From the human T2T-CHM13v2.0 reference genome, Homo sapiens, in the NCBI RefSeq assembly GCF_009914755.1, contig NC_060933.1: 64,000 bases of DNA; one strand, given 5' to 3'. A program made the translations under genes and the position numbers. This document shows, one piece after another, positions 29,801-42,800 of the stretch (its first letter is position 1; each line of letters opens with the position of its first letter). The notes beneath the pieces were generated by a model. It had not been told where the DNA came from and ran no database searches. It worked only from the letters and a program-made list of their open reading frames with translations.

Positions 29801-30800
29801 CATTCTATTGCACTCGGGTTGATTGATTCCATTAGATTGCATTCCATTCCATTCCATTCCCCTGCACTCGGGTTGATCCCATTCCATTGCATTCCATTCC
29901 ATTCCGTTCCATTCCATTCCATTCCATTCTGTTCACGTTAATTCCATTCCATTCCATTCCATTCCATTCCATTCCATTCCATTCCATCCCATTGCAATCT
30001 AGTTGATTCCATTGCATTCCATTCCATTCCATTCCATTCCATTCCCCTGCACTCAGATTGATTCCATTCCATCCCATTCCATTCCATTCCGTTCCATTAC
30101 ATTCCATTCCATTCTATTCGCGTTAATTCCATTCCATTCCATTCCATTACATTCCATTGCAATCGAGTTGATTCCATTCCATTCCGTTCCATTCCATTCC
30201 ATTTCGTTCCATTCCATTCTATTCTGTACCATTCCATTCCATTCCATTCCATTCCATTCCATGCCATTCCACTCGGGTTGATTCCGTTGCTTTCCATTCC
30301 ATTTGGGTTGAATCCAATCCATTCCATTCCATTCCATTCCATTCCATTCCATTCCATTCCATTCCATTCCATTGCACTAGGTTTGATTCCCTTCCGCTGC
30401 ATTCCATTCCATTCCATTCCATTCCGTTCCATTCCATTCCATTCCATTCCATTTCTTTCCATTCCATTCCATTCTATTCCATGCCATTCCACTCGGGTTT
30501 ATTCCATTCCTTTCCATTCCACTCGGGTTGATTCCATTCTATTAGTTTCCATTCCATTCCATTCCATTCCATTCCCCTGCACTCGGGTTGATCCCATTCC
30601 ATTGCATTCCATTCCATTCCATTCCATTCCATTCCGTTCCATTCCATTTCATTCCATTCTCTTCAGCTTAATTCCATTCCATTCCATTCCCTTCCATTCC
30701 GTTCCATTCCATTCCATTACATTCGGATTGATTGTATTCAATTCCCTTACACTCCATTCCATTCCATTCCATTCGGGTTGTTTCCATTCCATTCCATTCC
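23900..30800 (-). repeat. Inner HSat3 sub-type B domain (left arm)
   Basis: Markers: catgccattccactcgggtttattcc, atttgggttgaatcc, gcactaggtttg, gcacacgggttc, ctgttcaggttaa, cgggttgatccc, ttcgcgttaa. The A-type caagttgaatcc, tacggatg and ccggaag markers are absent. Confidence 0.75.
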
Positions 30801-30828
30801 GTGTGCAATGGAATGGAATGGAATGGAA
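30782..30828. other. Satellite inversion breakpoint with 19-bp perfect inverted repeat and 9-nt loop
   Basis: ttccattccattccattcc (30782-30800), loop gtgtgcaat (30801-30809), ggaatggaatggaatggaa (30810-30828). ORF 30278..31009(+) switches from HSIPF to MEWNG repeats at this point. Confidence 0.95.
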
Positions 30829-33800
30829 TGGAATGGAATGGGTTCAACTAGAATGGAATGGAAAGGAATGGAATCAACCCGAGTGGAATGGCATGGAATG
30901 GAATGGAATGGAATGGAATGGAATGGAAAGCAATGGAATGAAATGGAATGGAAGGGAATGGATTGAAATGGAATGCGAATGGAATGGAATCAACCCGAGT
31001 GCAATGTAATGGAATTGAATGGAATGGAATGGAATGCAATGGAATGAGTTCAACCCGAATGGAATGGAAAGGAATGGAATAAACCCGAGTGGAATGGCAT
31101 GGAATGGAGTGGAATGGAATGGAATGGAATACTACGGAAGAGAATGGAATGGAACGAAATGGAATGGAATGGAATGGAATGGAATGGAATGGAATGGAAT
31201 GAACACGTGAGCAATTGAATGGAATCGAATGGAATAGAATGGAATGGAATGGATTCAACTCGAATGGAATGGAAAGGAATGGAATCAACCCGAGTGGAAT
31301 GGCATGGAATGGAATGGAATGGAATGGAACGGAATGGAATGGAATCAACTCGATTGCAAAGGAATGTAATGGAATGGAATGGAACGGAATTAACGCAAAT
31401 AGAATGGAATGGAAAGGAATGGAACGGAATGGAATGGAAAGAAATGGAATGGAATCAATCTGAGTGCAGGGGAATGCAATGGAATGGAATGCAATGGAAT
31501 GGAATGGAATGGAATGCAATGGAATCACCTCGATTGCAATGGGATGGAATGGAATGGAATGGAATGGAAGGGAATGGAATGGAGTGGAATTAACCTGAAC
31601 AGAATGGAATGGAATGGAATGGAATGGAATGGAATGCAATGGAATGGAATCAATCAACCCGAGTGCAATAGAATGCAGTGGAATGGAATGGAATGGAATG
31701 GAATGGAATGGCAGGGAATGGAATGAAATGGAATGGCAGGGAATGGAATGGAATCAACCCGAGTGCAAAGGAATGGAATGGAATGGAATGGAATGGAATG
31801 GAATGGAATGGAATGGTACGGAATAGAATGGAATGGAAAGTAATGGAATGGAATGGAATGGAATGGAATGGAATCAACCTGAGTGCAATGGAATGGAGTG
31901 GAATGGAATGTAATGGAATGGAAAAAACCCGAATGGAATGGAATGTAATGGAGTGTAAGGGAATTGAATACAATCAATCCGAATGTAATGGAATGGAATG
32001 GAACGGAATGGAATGGAACGGAATGCAGTGGAATGGAATCAAACCTAGTGCAATGGAATGGAATGGAATGGAATGGAATAAAATGGAATGGAATGGAATG
32101 GAATGGAATGGAATGGATTGGATTCAACCCAAATGGAATGGAAAGCAATGGAATCAACCCGAGTGGAATGGCATGGAATGGAATGGAATGGAATGGAATG
32201 GAATGGAATGGAATGGTACAGAATAGAATGGAATGGAATGAAATGGAATGGAATGGAATGGAATGGAATGGAATGGAACGGAATGGAATGGAATCAACTC
32301 GATTGCAATGCAATGTAATGCAATGGAATGGAATGGAATTAACGCGAATAGAATGGAATGGAATGTAATGGAACGGAATGGAATGGAATGGGATGGAATG
32401 GAATCAATCTGAGTGCAGGGGAATGGAATGGAATGGAATGCAATGGAATGGAATGGAATGGAATGGAATGCAATGGAATCAACTAGATTGCAATGGGATG
32501 GAATGGAATGGAATGGAATGGAAGGGAATGGAATGGAATGGAATTAACCTGAACAGAATGGAATGGAATGGAATGGAACGGAATGGAAGGGAATGGAATG
32601 GAATGGAATTAAGCTGAAGAGAATGGAATGAAATGGAATGGAACGGAATGGAATGGAATGGAATGGAATGGAATGCAATGGAATGGGATCAACCCGAGTG
32701 CAGGGGAATGGAATGGAATGGAATGCAATGGAATGGAATCAATCAACCCGAGTGCAATAGAATGCAGTGGAATGGAATGGAATGGAACGGAAAGTACCCG
32801 AATGGAAAGGAATGTAATGGAGTGTAAGGGAATTAAAAAGAATCAATCCGAATGTAATGGAATGGAAGGGAACGGAATGGAATGGAATGGAATGGAATGG
32901 AATGGAATGGAATGAAATGGAATGGCATGGAATGGAATGGAATCAACCTGAGTTCAATGGAATGGAATGGAATGGAATGGAATGGATTCAACCCGAATGG
33001 AATGGAAAGGAATGGAATAAACCCGAGTGAAATGGCATGGAAGGGAATGGAATGGAATGGAATGGTAAGGAATAGAATGGAATGGAACGAAATGGAATGG
33101 AATGGAATGGAATGGAATGGAATGAACCCGTGTGCAATGGAATGGAATGGAATGGAATGGAATGGAATGGAATGGAATGGAACGGAATAGAATGGAATGG
33201 AACGAAATGGAATGGAATGAAATGGAATGGAATGGAATGGAATGGAATGGAATCAACCCGAGTGCAGGGGAATGGAATGGAATTGAAGGCAATGGAATGG
33301 AATCATATGGAATTGAATGGAATGGAATGGAATCAAATCGATTGCAATGGAATGGAATGGAATGGAATGGAATGGAATGGAATGGAATGGAATGGAATGG
33401 AATTAACCCGAATAGAATGGAATTGAATGGAATGGAATGTATTGGAAGTAAATGGAATGGAATGTAATGAGCGCGAGGGCAGGGGAATGGAATGGAATGG
33501 AATGCAATGGAATTGAGTCATCCGGAATGGAACAGAAAGGAATGGAATGGAATCAACCCGTGTGCAATGGAATGGAAAGGAATGGAATGGAATGGAATGG
33601 AATGGAAAGGATTCAACCCGCATGGAATGGAAAGGAAGGGAATCAACCCAAGTGGAATGGCATGGAATGGAATGGAATGGAATGGAATGGAATGGTACCG
33701 AATAGAATGGAATGGAACGAAATGGAATAGAATGGAATGGAATGGTATGGAAACAACCCGAATGGAATGGAATGAAATGGACTGTAAGGGAATTGAATAC

Positions 33801-36800
33801 AATCAATCCGAATGTAATGGAATGGAATGGAACGGAATGGAATGGAATGGAATGGAATGCAGTGGAATGGAATCAAACCTAGTGCAATGGAATGGAATGG
33901 AATGGAATGGAATGGAATGGAATGGAATGGATTCAACCCAAATGGAATGGAAAGCAATGGAATCAACGTGAGTGGAATGGCATGGAATGGAATGGAACGG
34001 AATGGAATGGAATGGAATGGAATGGAATGGAATGGAATGGTACGGAATAGAATGGAATGGAACGAAATGGAATGGAATGGAATGGAATGGAACGGAAAGG
34101 AATGGAATCAACTCGATTGCAATGGAATGCAATGGAATGGAATGGAATGCAATTAAAGCGAATAGAATGGAATGGAATGGAACGGTATGGAATGGAATGG
34201 AATGGAATGGAATCGAATGGAATCAACCTGAGTGCAGGGGAATGGAATGGAATGGAATGCAATGGAATGTAATGGAATGGAATGCAATGGAAACAACTCG
34301 ATTGCAATGGAATGGAATGGAATGGAATGGAAGGAAAGGAATGGAATGGAATTAACCTGAACAGAATGGAATGGAATGGAATGGAACGGAATGGAATGGA
34401 ATGGATTCAACCCGAATGGAATGGAAAGGAATGGAATAAACCCGAGTGGAATGGCATGGAATGGAATGGAATGGAATGGAATGGTACGGAATAGAACCGA
34501 ATGGAACGAAATGGAATGGAATGGAATAGAATGGAATGGAATGGAATGCAGTCAACCTGAGTGCAATGGAATGGAATGGAATGGAATGGAACGGAATGGA
34601 AACAACCCGAATGGAATGGAATGTAATGGAGTGTAAGGAATTGAATACAATCAATCGGAATGTAATGGAATGGAATGGAACGGAATGGAATGGAATGGAA
34701 TGCAGTGGAATGGAATCAAACCTAGTGCAATGGAATGGAATGGAATGGAATGGAATGCAATGGAATGGATTGGATTCAACCCAAATGGAATGGAAAGCAA
34801 TAGAATCAACCCGAGTGGAATGGCATGGAATGGAATGGAATGGAATGGAATGGAATGGAATGGAATGGTACGGAATAGAATGGAATGGATCGAAATGGAA
34901 TGGAATGGAATGGAATGGAACGGAATGGAATGGAATCAACTCGATTGCAATGGAATGTAATGGAATGGAATGGAATGGAATGGAATTAACGCGAATAGAA
35001 TGGAATGGAATGGAATGGAAAGGAATGGGATGGAATGGAATCAATCTGAGTGAAGGGGAATGGAATGGAATGGAATGCAATGGAATGGAATCATCCGGAA
35101 TGGAATGGAATGGAATGGAATGGAATGGAATGGAATTAACACGAATAGAATGGAATGGAATGGAATGGAATGGAATGGAATGGAATGGAATGGAATGGAA
35201 TGGAATGGAATCAACTCGATTTCAATGGAATGGAATGGAACGGAATGGAATGGAATGGAATGGAATGGAATGGAATGGAATAGAATGGAATCCACCCGAC
35301 TGCAGGGGAATGGAATGGAATAGAATGCAATGGAATGGAATCATACGGAATGGAATCGAATGGAATGGAATGGAATGGAATGGAATGGAATGGAATGGAA
35401 ACAACCCGAATGGAATGGAATGTGATGGAGTGTAAGGGAATTGAATAGAATCAATCCGAATGTAATGGAATTGAATGGAACGGAATGGAATGGAAAGGAA
35501 TGTAATGGAATGGAATGGAATGCAATGGAATGGGATCAACCCGAGTGCAATGGAATGGAATCGAAAGGAATGGAATGGAATGGAAAGGCTTCACCCCGAA
35601 TGGAATGGAAAGGAATGGAATCAACCCGAGTGGAATGGAATGGAATGGAATGGAATGGAATGGAATGGAATGCAATGGAATGGAACGGAATGGAATCAAC
35701 CCGATTGCAATGAAATTGAATGGAATGGAATGGAATGGAATGGAATTAACCCGAATAGAATGGAATGGAATGGAATGGAATGGTATGGAATGGAATGGAA
35801 CGGAATGGAATGGAATGGAATTGAATGGAATCAACCCGGGTGCAGGGAATGCAATTGAATGGAAGGCAATGGAATGCAATCATCCGGAATGGAATGGAAT
35901 GGAATGGAATGGAATGGAATGGTTTCAACCCGAATGGAATGGAATGGAATGGAATCAACCCGAGTGGAATGGCATGGAATGGAATGGAATGGAATGGAAT
36001 GGAATGGAATGGAATGGTATGGAATAGAATGGAATGGAACGAAATGGAATGGAAGGGAATGGAATGGAATGGAATGGAATCAACCCGACTGCAATGGAAT
36101 GGAGTGGAATGGAATGGAATGGAATGGAAACAACCCGAATGGAATGGAATGAAATGGAGTGTAAGGGAATTGAATACAATCAATACGAATGTAATGGAAT
36201 GGAATGGAACGGAATGGAATGGAAAGGAATGGAATGGAATGCAGTGGAATGGAATCAATCCTAGTGCAATGGAATGGAATGCAATGGAATGGAATGGAAT
36301 GGAATGGAATGGAATGGAATGGAATGGATTCAACCCAAATGGAATGGAAAGCAATGGAATCAACCCGAGTGGAATGGCATGGAACGGAATGGAATGGAAT
36401 GGTATGGAATAGAATGGAATGGAAAGAAATGGAATGGAATGGAATGGAATGGAACGGAGTGGAATGGAAAGGAATGGAATGGAATGGAATGGAATAGAAT
36501 GGAATGGAACGAAATGGAATGGAATGGAACAGAATGGAATGGAATCAATCAGAGTGGAATAGAAGGGAATGCATTCGAGTAGAATGGAAAGGAATGGAAT
36601 CAACCAGAGTGGAATGGAAGGGAATGGAATGGAATGGAAACTAATAGAATGGAATCAACACGAGTGGAATGGAATGGAAAGGACTGGAATGGAATGGAAT
36701 GGAATGGAATGGAATGGAATGGAATCAACTCGATTGTAATGGAATGGAATGGAATGGAACGGAATAGAATGGAATGGAATGTAATGGAGTGTAAGGGAAT

Positions 36801-39800
36801 TAAAAAGAATCAATACGAATGTAATTGAATGGAATGGAACGGAATAGAATGGAATGGAATGGAATGGAATGGAATGAAATGGAATGGCATGGAATGGAAT
36901 GGAATCAACCCGAGTGCAATGGAATGGAATCGAATGGAATGGAAGGGAATGGAATGGATTGAACCCGAATGGAATGGAAAGGAATGGAATAAACCCGAGT
37001 GGAATGGCATGGAATGGAATGGAATGGAATGGAATGGTACGGAATAGAGTGGAAAAAAACGAAATGGAATGGAATGGAATGGAATGGAATGAACCCGTGT
37101 GCAATGGAATGGAATGGAATGGAATGGAATGGAATGGGTTCAACTCGAAAGGAATGGAAAGGAATGGAATCAACCCGAGTGGAATGGCATGGAATGGAAT
37201 GGAATGGAATGGTATGGAATGGAATGGAGTGGAATGGAATGGAATGGAATGGAATGGAATGGAATGAACCCAACTGTAATGTAATGGAATCGAATGGAAT
37301 GGAATGGAATGGAATGGATTCAACCCAAATGGAATGGAAAAGAATGGAATCAACCCGAGTGGAATGGCATGGAATGGACTGGAATGGAATGGAATGGAAT
37401 GGAATGGTACGGAATAGAATGGAATGGAACGAAATGGAATGGAATGGAATGGAATGGAATGGAATGGAATGAACCCGTGTGCAATGGAATGGAATCGAAT
37501 GGAATGGAATGGAATGCAAAGGATACAACTCGAATGGAATGGAAAGGAATGAAATCAACCCGAGTGGAATGGCATGGACTGGAATGGAATGGAATGGCAT
37601 GGAATGGAATGGAATTGAATGGTACGGAATAGAATCGAATGGAACGAAATGGAATGGAATGGAATGGAATGGAATGGAATGGAATGGAAACAACCCGAGT
37701 GCATGGTAATGGAATGGAATGGAAGGCAATGGAATGGAATCATCCGGAATGGAATGGAATGGAATGGAATGGAATGGAATGGAATGGAATGGAATGGAAT
37801 CAACTCGATTGAAATGGAATGGAATGGAATGGAATGGAATGGAATTAACCCGGATAGAATCGAATGGAATGGAATGGAATGGAATGGAATGGAATGGAAT
37901 GGAAGGGAATGGAATGTAATGGAATGGAATGGAATTAACCCGAATAGAATGGAATGGAACAGAAAGGAAGGGAATGGAATGGAATGTAATCAACTCCAGT
38001 GCAGGGGAATGCAATGGAATGCAATGAAATGGAATGGAGTCATACGGAATGGAAGGGAATGGAATGGAATAAACCAGAGTGCAATGGAATGGAGTGGAAT
38101 GGAATGGAATAGAATGGAAACAACACGAATGGAATAGAATGTAATGGAGTGTAAGGGAATTGAATATAATCAATCCGAATGTAATGGAATGGAACGGAAA
38201 GGAATGGAATGGAATGGAATGGAATGGAATGGAATGGAATGGAATGAAATGGAATGGCATGGAATGGAATTGAATCAACCCGAGTTCAATGGAATTGAAT
38301 GGAATGGAATGGAATGGAATGGAATGGAATCAACTCGATTGCAATGGAATGGAATGGAATGGGATGGAATGGAATGGAATGGAATTAACCCTAATAGAAT
38401 GGAATGGAATGGAATGGAATGGAAAAGAATGGAATGGAAGGGAATGGAATGGAATGGAATGGAATGGAATTAACCCGAGTTCAATGGAATTGAATGGAAT
38501 GGAATGGAATGGAATGGAATGGAATCAACTCGATTGCAATGGAATGGAATGGAATGGGATGGAATGGAATGGAATGGAATGGAATGGAATTAACCCTAAT
38601 AGAATGGAATGGAATGGAATGGAATGGAATAGAATGGAATGGAAGGGAATGGAATGGAATGGAATGGAATTAACCCGAATAGAATGGAATGGAATGGAAT
38701 GGAATGGAATGGAATCAACTCGATTTCAATGGAATGGAATGGAATGGAATGGAATGCAATGGAAGGGAATGGAATGGAATGGAATGAAATTAACCCGAAT
38801 ATAATGGAATGGAATGGAATGGAATGGAATGGAATGGAATAGAATGGAATCCACCCGAGTGCAAGGGAATGGAATGGAATGGAATGCAATGGAATGGAAT
38901 CATACGGAATGGAATGGAATGGAATGGAATGCAATGGAATGGAATGGAATCACCCGATTGAAATGGAATGGAGTGGAATGGAATGGAATGGAATGGAAAC
39001 AACCCGAAAGGAATGGAATGTAATGGAGAGTAAGGGAATTGAATAGAATCAATACGAATGTAATGGAATGGAATGGAACGGAATGGAATGCAATGGAATG
39101 GAATGGAATGCAATGGAATGGGATCAACCCGATTGAAATGGAATGGAATCGAAAGGAATGGAATGGAATGGAATGGTTTCAACCCGAATGGAATGGAAAG
39201 GAATGGAATCAACCCGAGTGGAATGCAATGGAATGGAATGGAATGGAATGGGTTCAACTCGAATGGAATGGAAAGGAATGAAATCAACCCGAGTGGAATG
39301 GCATGGAATGGAATGGAATGGAATGGAAGGGAATGGAATGGAATGGAATTAACCTGAAGAGAATGGAAGGGAATGGAATGGAACGGAACGGAATGGAATG
39401 GAATGGAATGGAATGGAATGGAATGCAATGGAATGGGATCAACCCGAGTACAGGGGAATGGAATGCAATGGAATGCAATGGAATGGAATCATCCCGAATG
39501 GAATGGAATGGAATGGAATGCAATGGAATGGAATCAATCAACCCGAGTGCAATAGAATGCAGTGGAGTGAAATGGAATGGTATGGAAACTACCCGAATGG
39601 AATAGAATGTAATGCAGTGTAAGGGAATTAAAAAGAATCAATCCGAATGTAATGGAATTGAATGGAACGGAATGGAAAGGAATGGAATGGAATGGAATGG
39701 AACGGAATTAACCCGAATAGAATGGAAAGGAATGGAATGGAATGGAATGGAATGGAATGGAATGGAATGGAACGGAAAAGAATGGAATGGAACGAAATGG

Positions 39801-42800
39801 AATGGAATGAAATGGAATGGAATGGAATGGAATGGAATGGAATGGAATGGAATGGAATCAACCCGAGTGCAGGGGAATGGAATGGAATTGAAGGCAATGG
39901 AATGGAATCATCCGGAATTGAATGGAATGGAATGGAATCAACTCGATTGCAATGGAATGCAATGGAATGCAATGGAATGGAATGGAATGGAATGGAATGG
40001 AATGGAATGGAATGGAAGTAAATGGAATGGAATGTAATGAACCCGAGGGCAGGGGAATGGAATGGAATGGAATGCAATGGAATGGAGTCATCCGGAATGG
40101 AACAGAATGGAATGGAATGGAATCAACCCGTGTGCAATGGAATGGAAAGGAATGGAATGGAATGGAATGGAATGGAATGGAACGGAATGGATTCAACCCG
40201 AATGGAATGGAAAGGAAGGGAATCAACCCAAGTGGAATGGCATGGAATGGAATGGAATGGAATGGAATGGAATGGTACCGAATAGAATGGAATGGAACGA
40301 AATGGAATAGAATGGAATGGAATGGTATGGAAACAACCCGAATGGAATGGAATGAAATGGAGTGTAAGGGAATTGAATACAATCAATCCGAATGTAATGG
40401 AATGGAATGGAACGGAATGGAATGGAATGGAATGGAATGCAGTGGAATGGAACCAAACCTACTGCAATGGAATGGAATGGAATGGAATGGAATGGAATGG
40501 AATGGAATGGAATGGAATGGAATGGATTCAACCCAAATGGAATGGAAAGCAATGGAATCAACCCGAGTGGAATGGCATGGAATGGAATGGAACGGAATGG
40601 AATGGAATGGAATGGAATGGAATGGAATGGAATGGTACGGAATAGAATGGAATGGAACGAAATGGAATGGAATGGAATGGAATGGAACGGAAAGGAATGG
40701 AATGGATTCAACTCGAATGGAATGGAAAGGAATGGAATCAACCCGAGTGGAATAGCATGGATTGGAATGGAAAGGAATGGAATGGAATGGTACGGAATAG
40801 AGTGGAATGGAACGAAATGGAATCGAATGGAATGGAATGGAATGGAATGGAATGGAATGGAACGGAATCAACCCGAGTGCAGGGGAATGGAGTGGAATGG
40901 ATGCAATGGAATGGAATCATCCGGAATGGAATGGAATGGAATGGAATGGAATGGAATGGAATGGAATGGAATCAACCTGAGTGCAGGGGAATGGAATGCA
41001 ATGGAATGCAATGGAATGGAATGGAATGGAATGCAAAGGAAACAACTCGATTGCAATGGAATGGAATGGAATGGAATGGAATGGAATGGAATGGAATGGA
41101 ATGGAATTAACCTGAACAGAATGGAATGGAATGGAATGCAATGGAACGGAATGGAATGGAATGGAATGGAATGGAATCAACCCGAGTGCAGGGGAATGGA
41201 ATGGAATGGAATGCAATGGAATGGATTCATCCGGAATGGAATGGAATGGAATGGAATGCAATGGAATGGAATCAATCAACCCGAGTGCAATGCAATGGAG
41301 TGGAATGGAATGGAATGGAACGGAAACTACCCGAATGGAATGGAATGTAATGGAGTGTAAGGGAATTGAAAAGAATCAATCCGAATGTAATGGAATGGAA
41401 TGGAACGGAATGAAATGGAATGGCATGGAATGGAATGGAATCAACCCGAGTTCAATGGAATGGAATTGAACGGAATGGAATGGAAAGGAATGGATTCAAC
41501 CCGAATGGAATGGAAAGGAATGGAATGGAATGGAATGGAATGGTACGGAATAGAATAGAATGGAAAGGAATGGAATGGAATGGAATGAAATGGAATGGAA
41601 TGGAATGGAATGGACCCGTGTGCAATGGATTCGAATGGAATGGAATGGAATGGAATGGAATGGAATGGAATGGAATGGAATGGTTTCAACTCGAATGGAA
41701 TGGAAAGGAATGGAATCAACCCGAGTGGAATGGCATGGAATGGAATGGAATGGAATGGAATGGAATGGAAAGGAATGGAATAGAATGAAATGGAATGGAA
41801 TGGAATGGAATGGAAACAACACGAGTGCAATGTAATGGAATCGATTGGAATGGAATTGAATGGATAGGAATGGATTCAATCCGAATGGAATGGAAAGGAA
41901 TGGAATAAACCCGAGAGGAATAGCATGGAATGGAGTGGAATGGAATGGAATGGAATGGAATGGTATGGAATAGAATGGAATGGAACTAAATGGAATGGAA
42001 TGGAATGGAATGGAATGGAATAGAATGAACCCGTGTGCAATGGAATGGAATCGAATGGAATGGAATGGAATGGAATGGATTCAACTCGAATGGAATGGAA
42101 AGGAATGGAATCAACCCGAGTGGAATAGCATGGATTGGAATGGAAAGGAATGGAATGGAATGGTACGGAATAGAGTGGAATGGAACGAAATGGAATGGAA
42201 TGGAATGGAATGGAATGGAATGGAATGGAGTGGAATGGAATGGAATCAACCCGAGTGCAGAGGAATGGAGTGGAATGGAAGGCAATGGAATGGAATCATC
42301 CGGAATTGAATGGAATGGAATGGAATGGAATGGAATCAACTCGATTGAAATGGAATGGAATGGAATGGAATGGAGTGGATGGGAATGGAATGGAATGTAA
42401 TGAACCCGAGTGCAGGGGAATGGAATGGAATGGAATGCAATGGAATGGAGTCATCCTGAATGGAACGGAATGGAATGGAATGGAATCAACCCGTGTGCAA
42501 TATAATGGAATCGAAAGGAATGGAATGGAATGGAATGGATTCAACCCAAATGGAATGAAAAGGAATGGAATAAACCCGAGTGGAATGGCATGGAATGGAG
42601 TGGAATGGAATGGAATGGAATGGTACAGAATAGAATGGAACGGAATGAAATGGAATGGAATGGAATGGAATGGAATGGAATGGAATGGAATGGAACGGAA
42701 TGCAATGGAATGGAATGGAATGGAATGGAATGGAATGAACCCGTGTGCAATGGAATGGAATGGAATGGAATGGGTTCAACACTAATTGAATGCAAAGGAA

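Larger units (their letters stand above)
1..30800 (-). repeat. Left HSat3 block: CATTC on + strand (G-rich GGAAT strand is minus)
   Basis: The + strand reads attccattcc with ctcgggttg decamers from position 1 up to 'tttccattccattccattcc' at 30781-30800. Confidence 0.97.

Noticed and set aside
30780-30830. Mobile element or target-site duplication at the breakpoint
   Set aside because: Every base is explained by the two satellite modules. No Alu/L1 sequence, poly(A) or TSD was seen anywhere in the window.
30700-30900. Junction as a fold-back read chimera artefact
   Set aside because: A fold-back chimera would give near-identical colinear mirror arms from the junction outward. Here the immediate flanks are different modules and the homologous blocks are diverged and shuffled. 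Raw-read confirmation is still advisable.
30278-31009. Chimeric ORF switching from HSIPF to MEWNG repeats
   Set aside because: It simply reads through the inversion junction. It marks the breakpoint but is not evidence of a protein.
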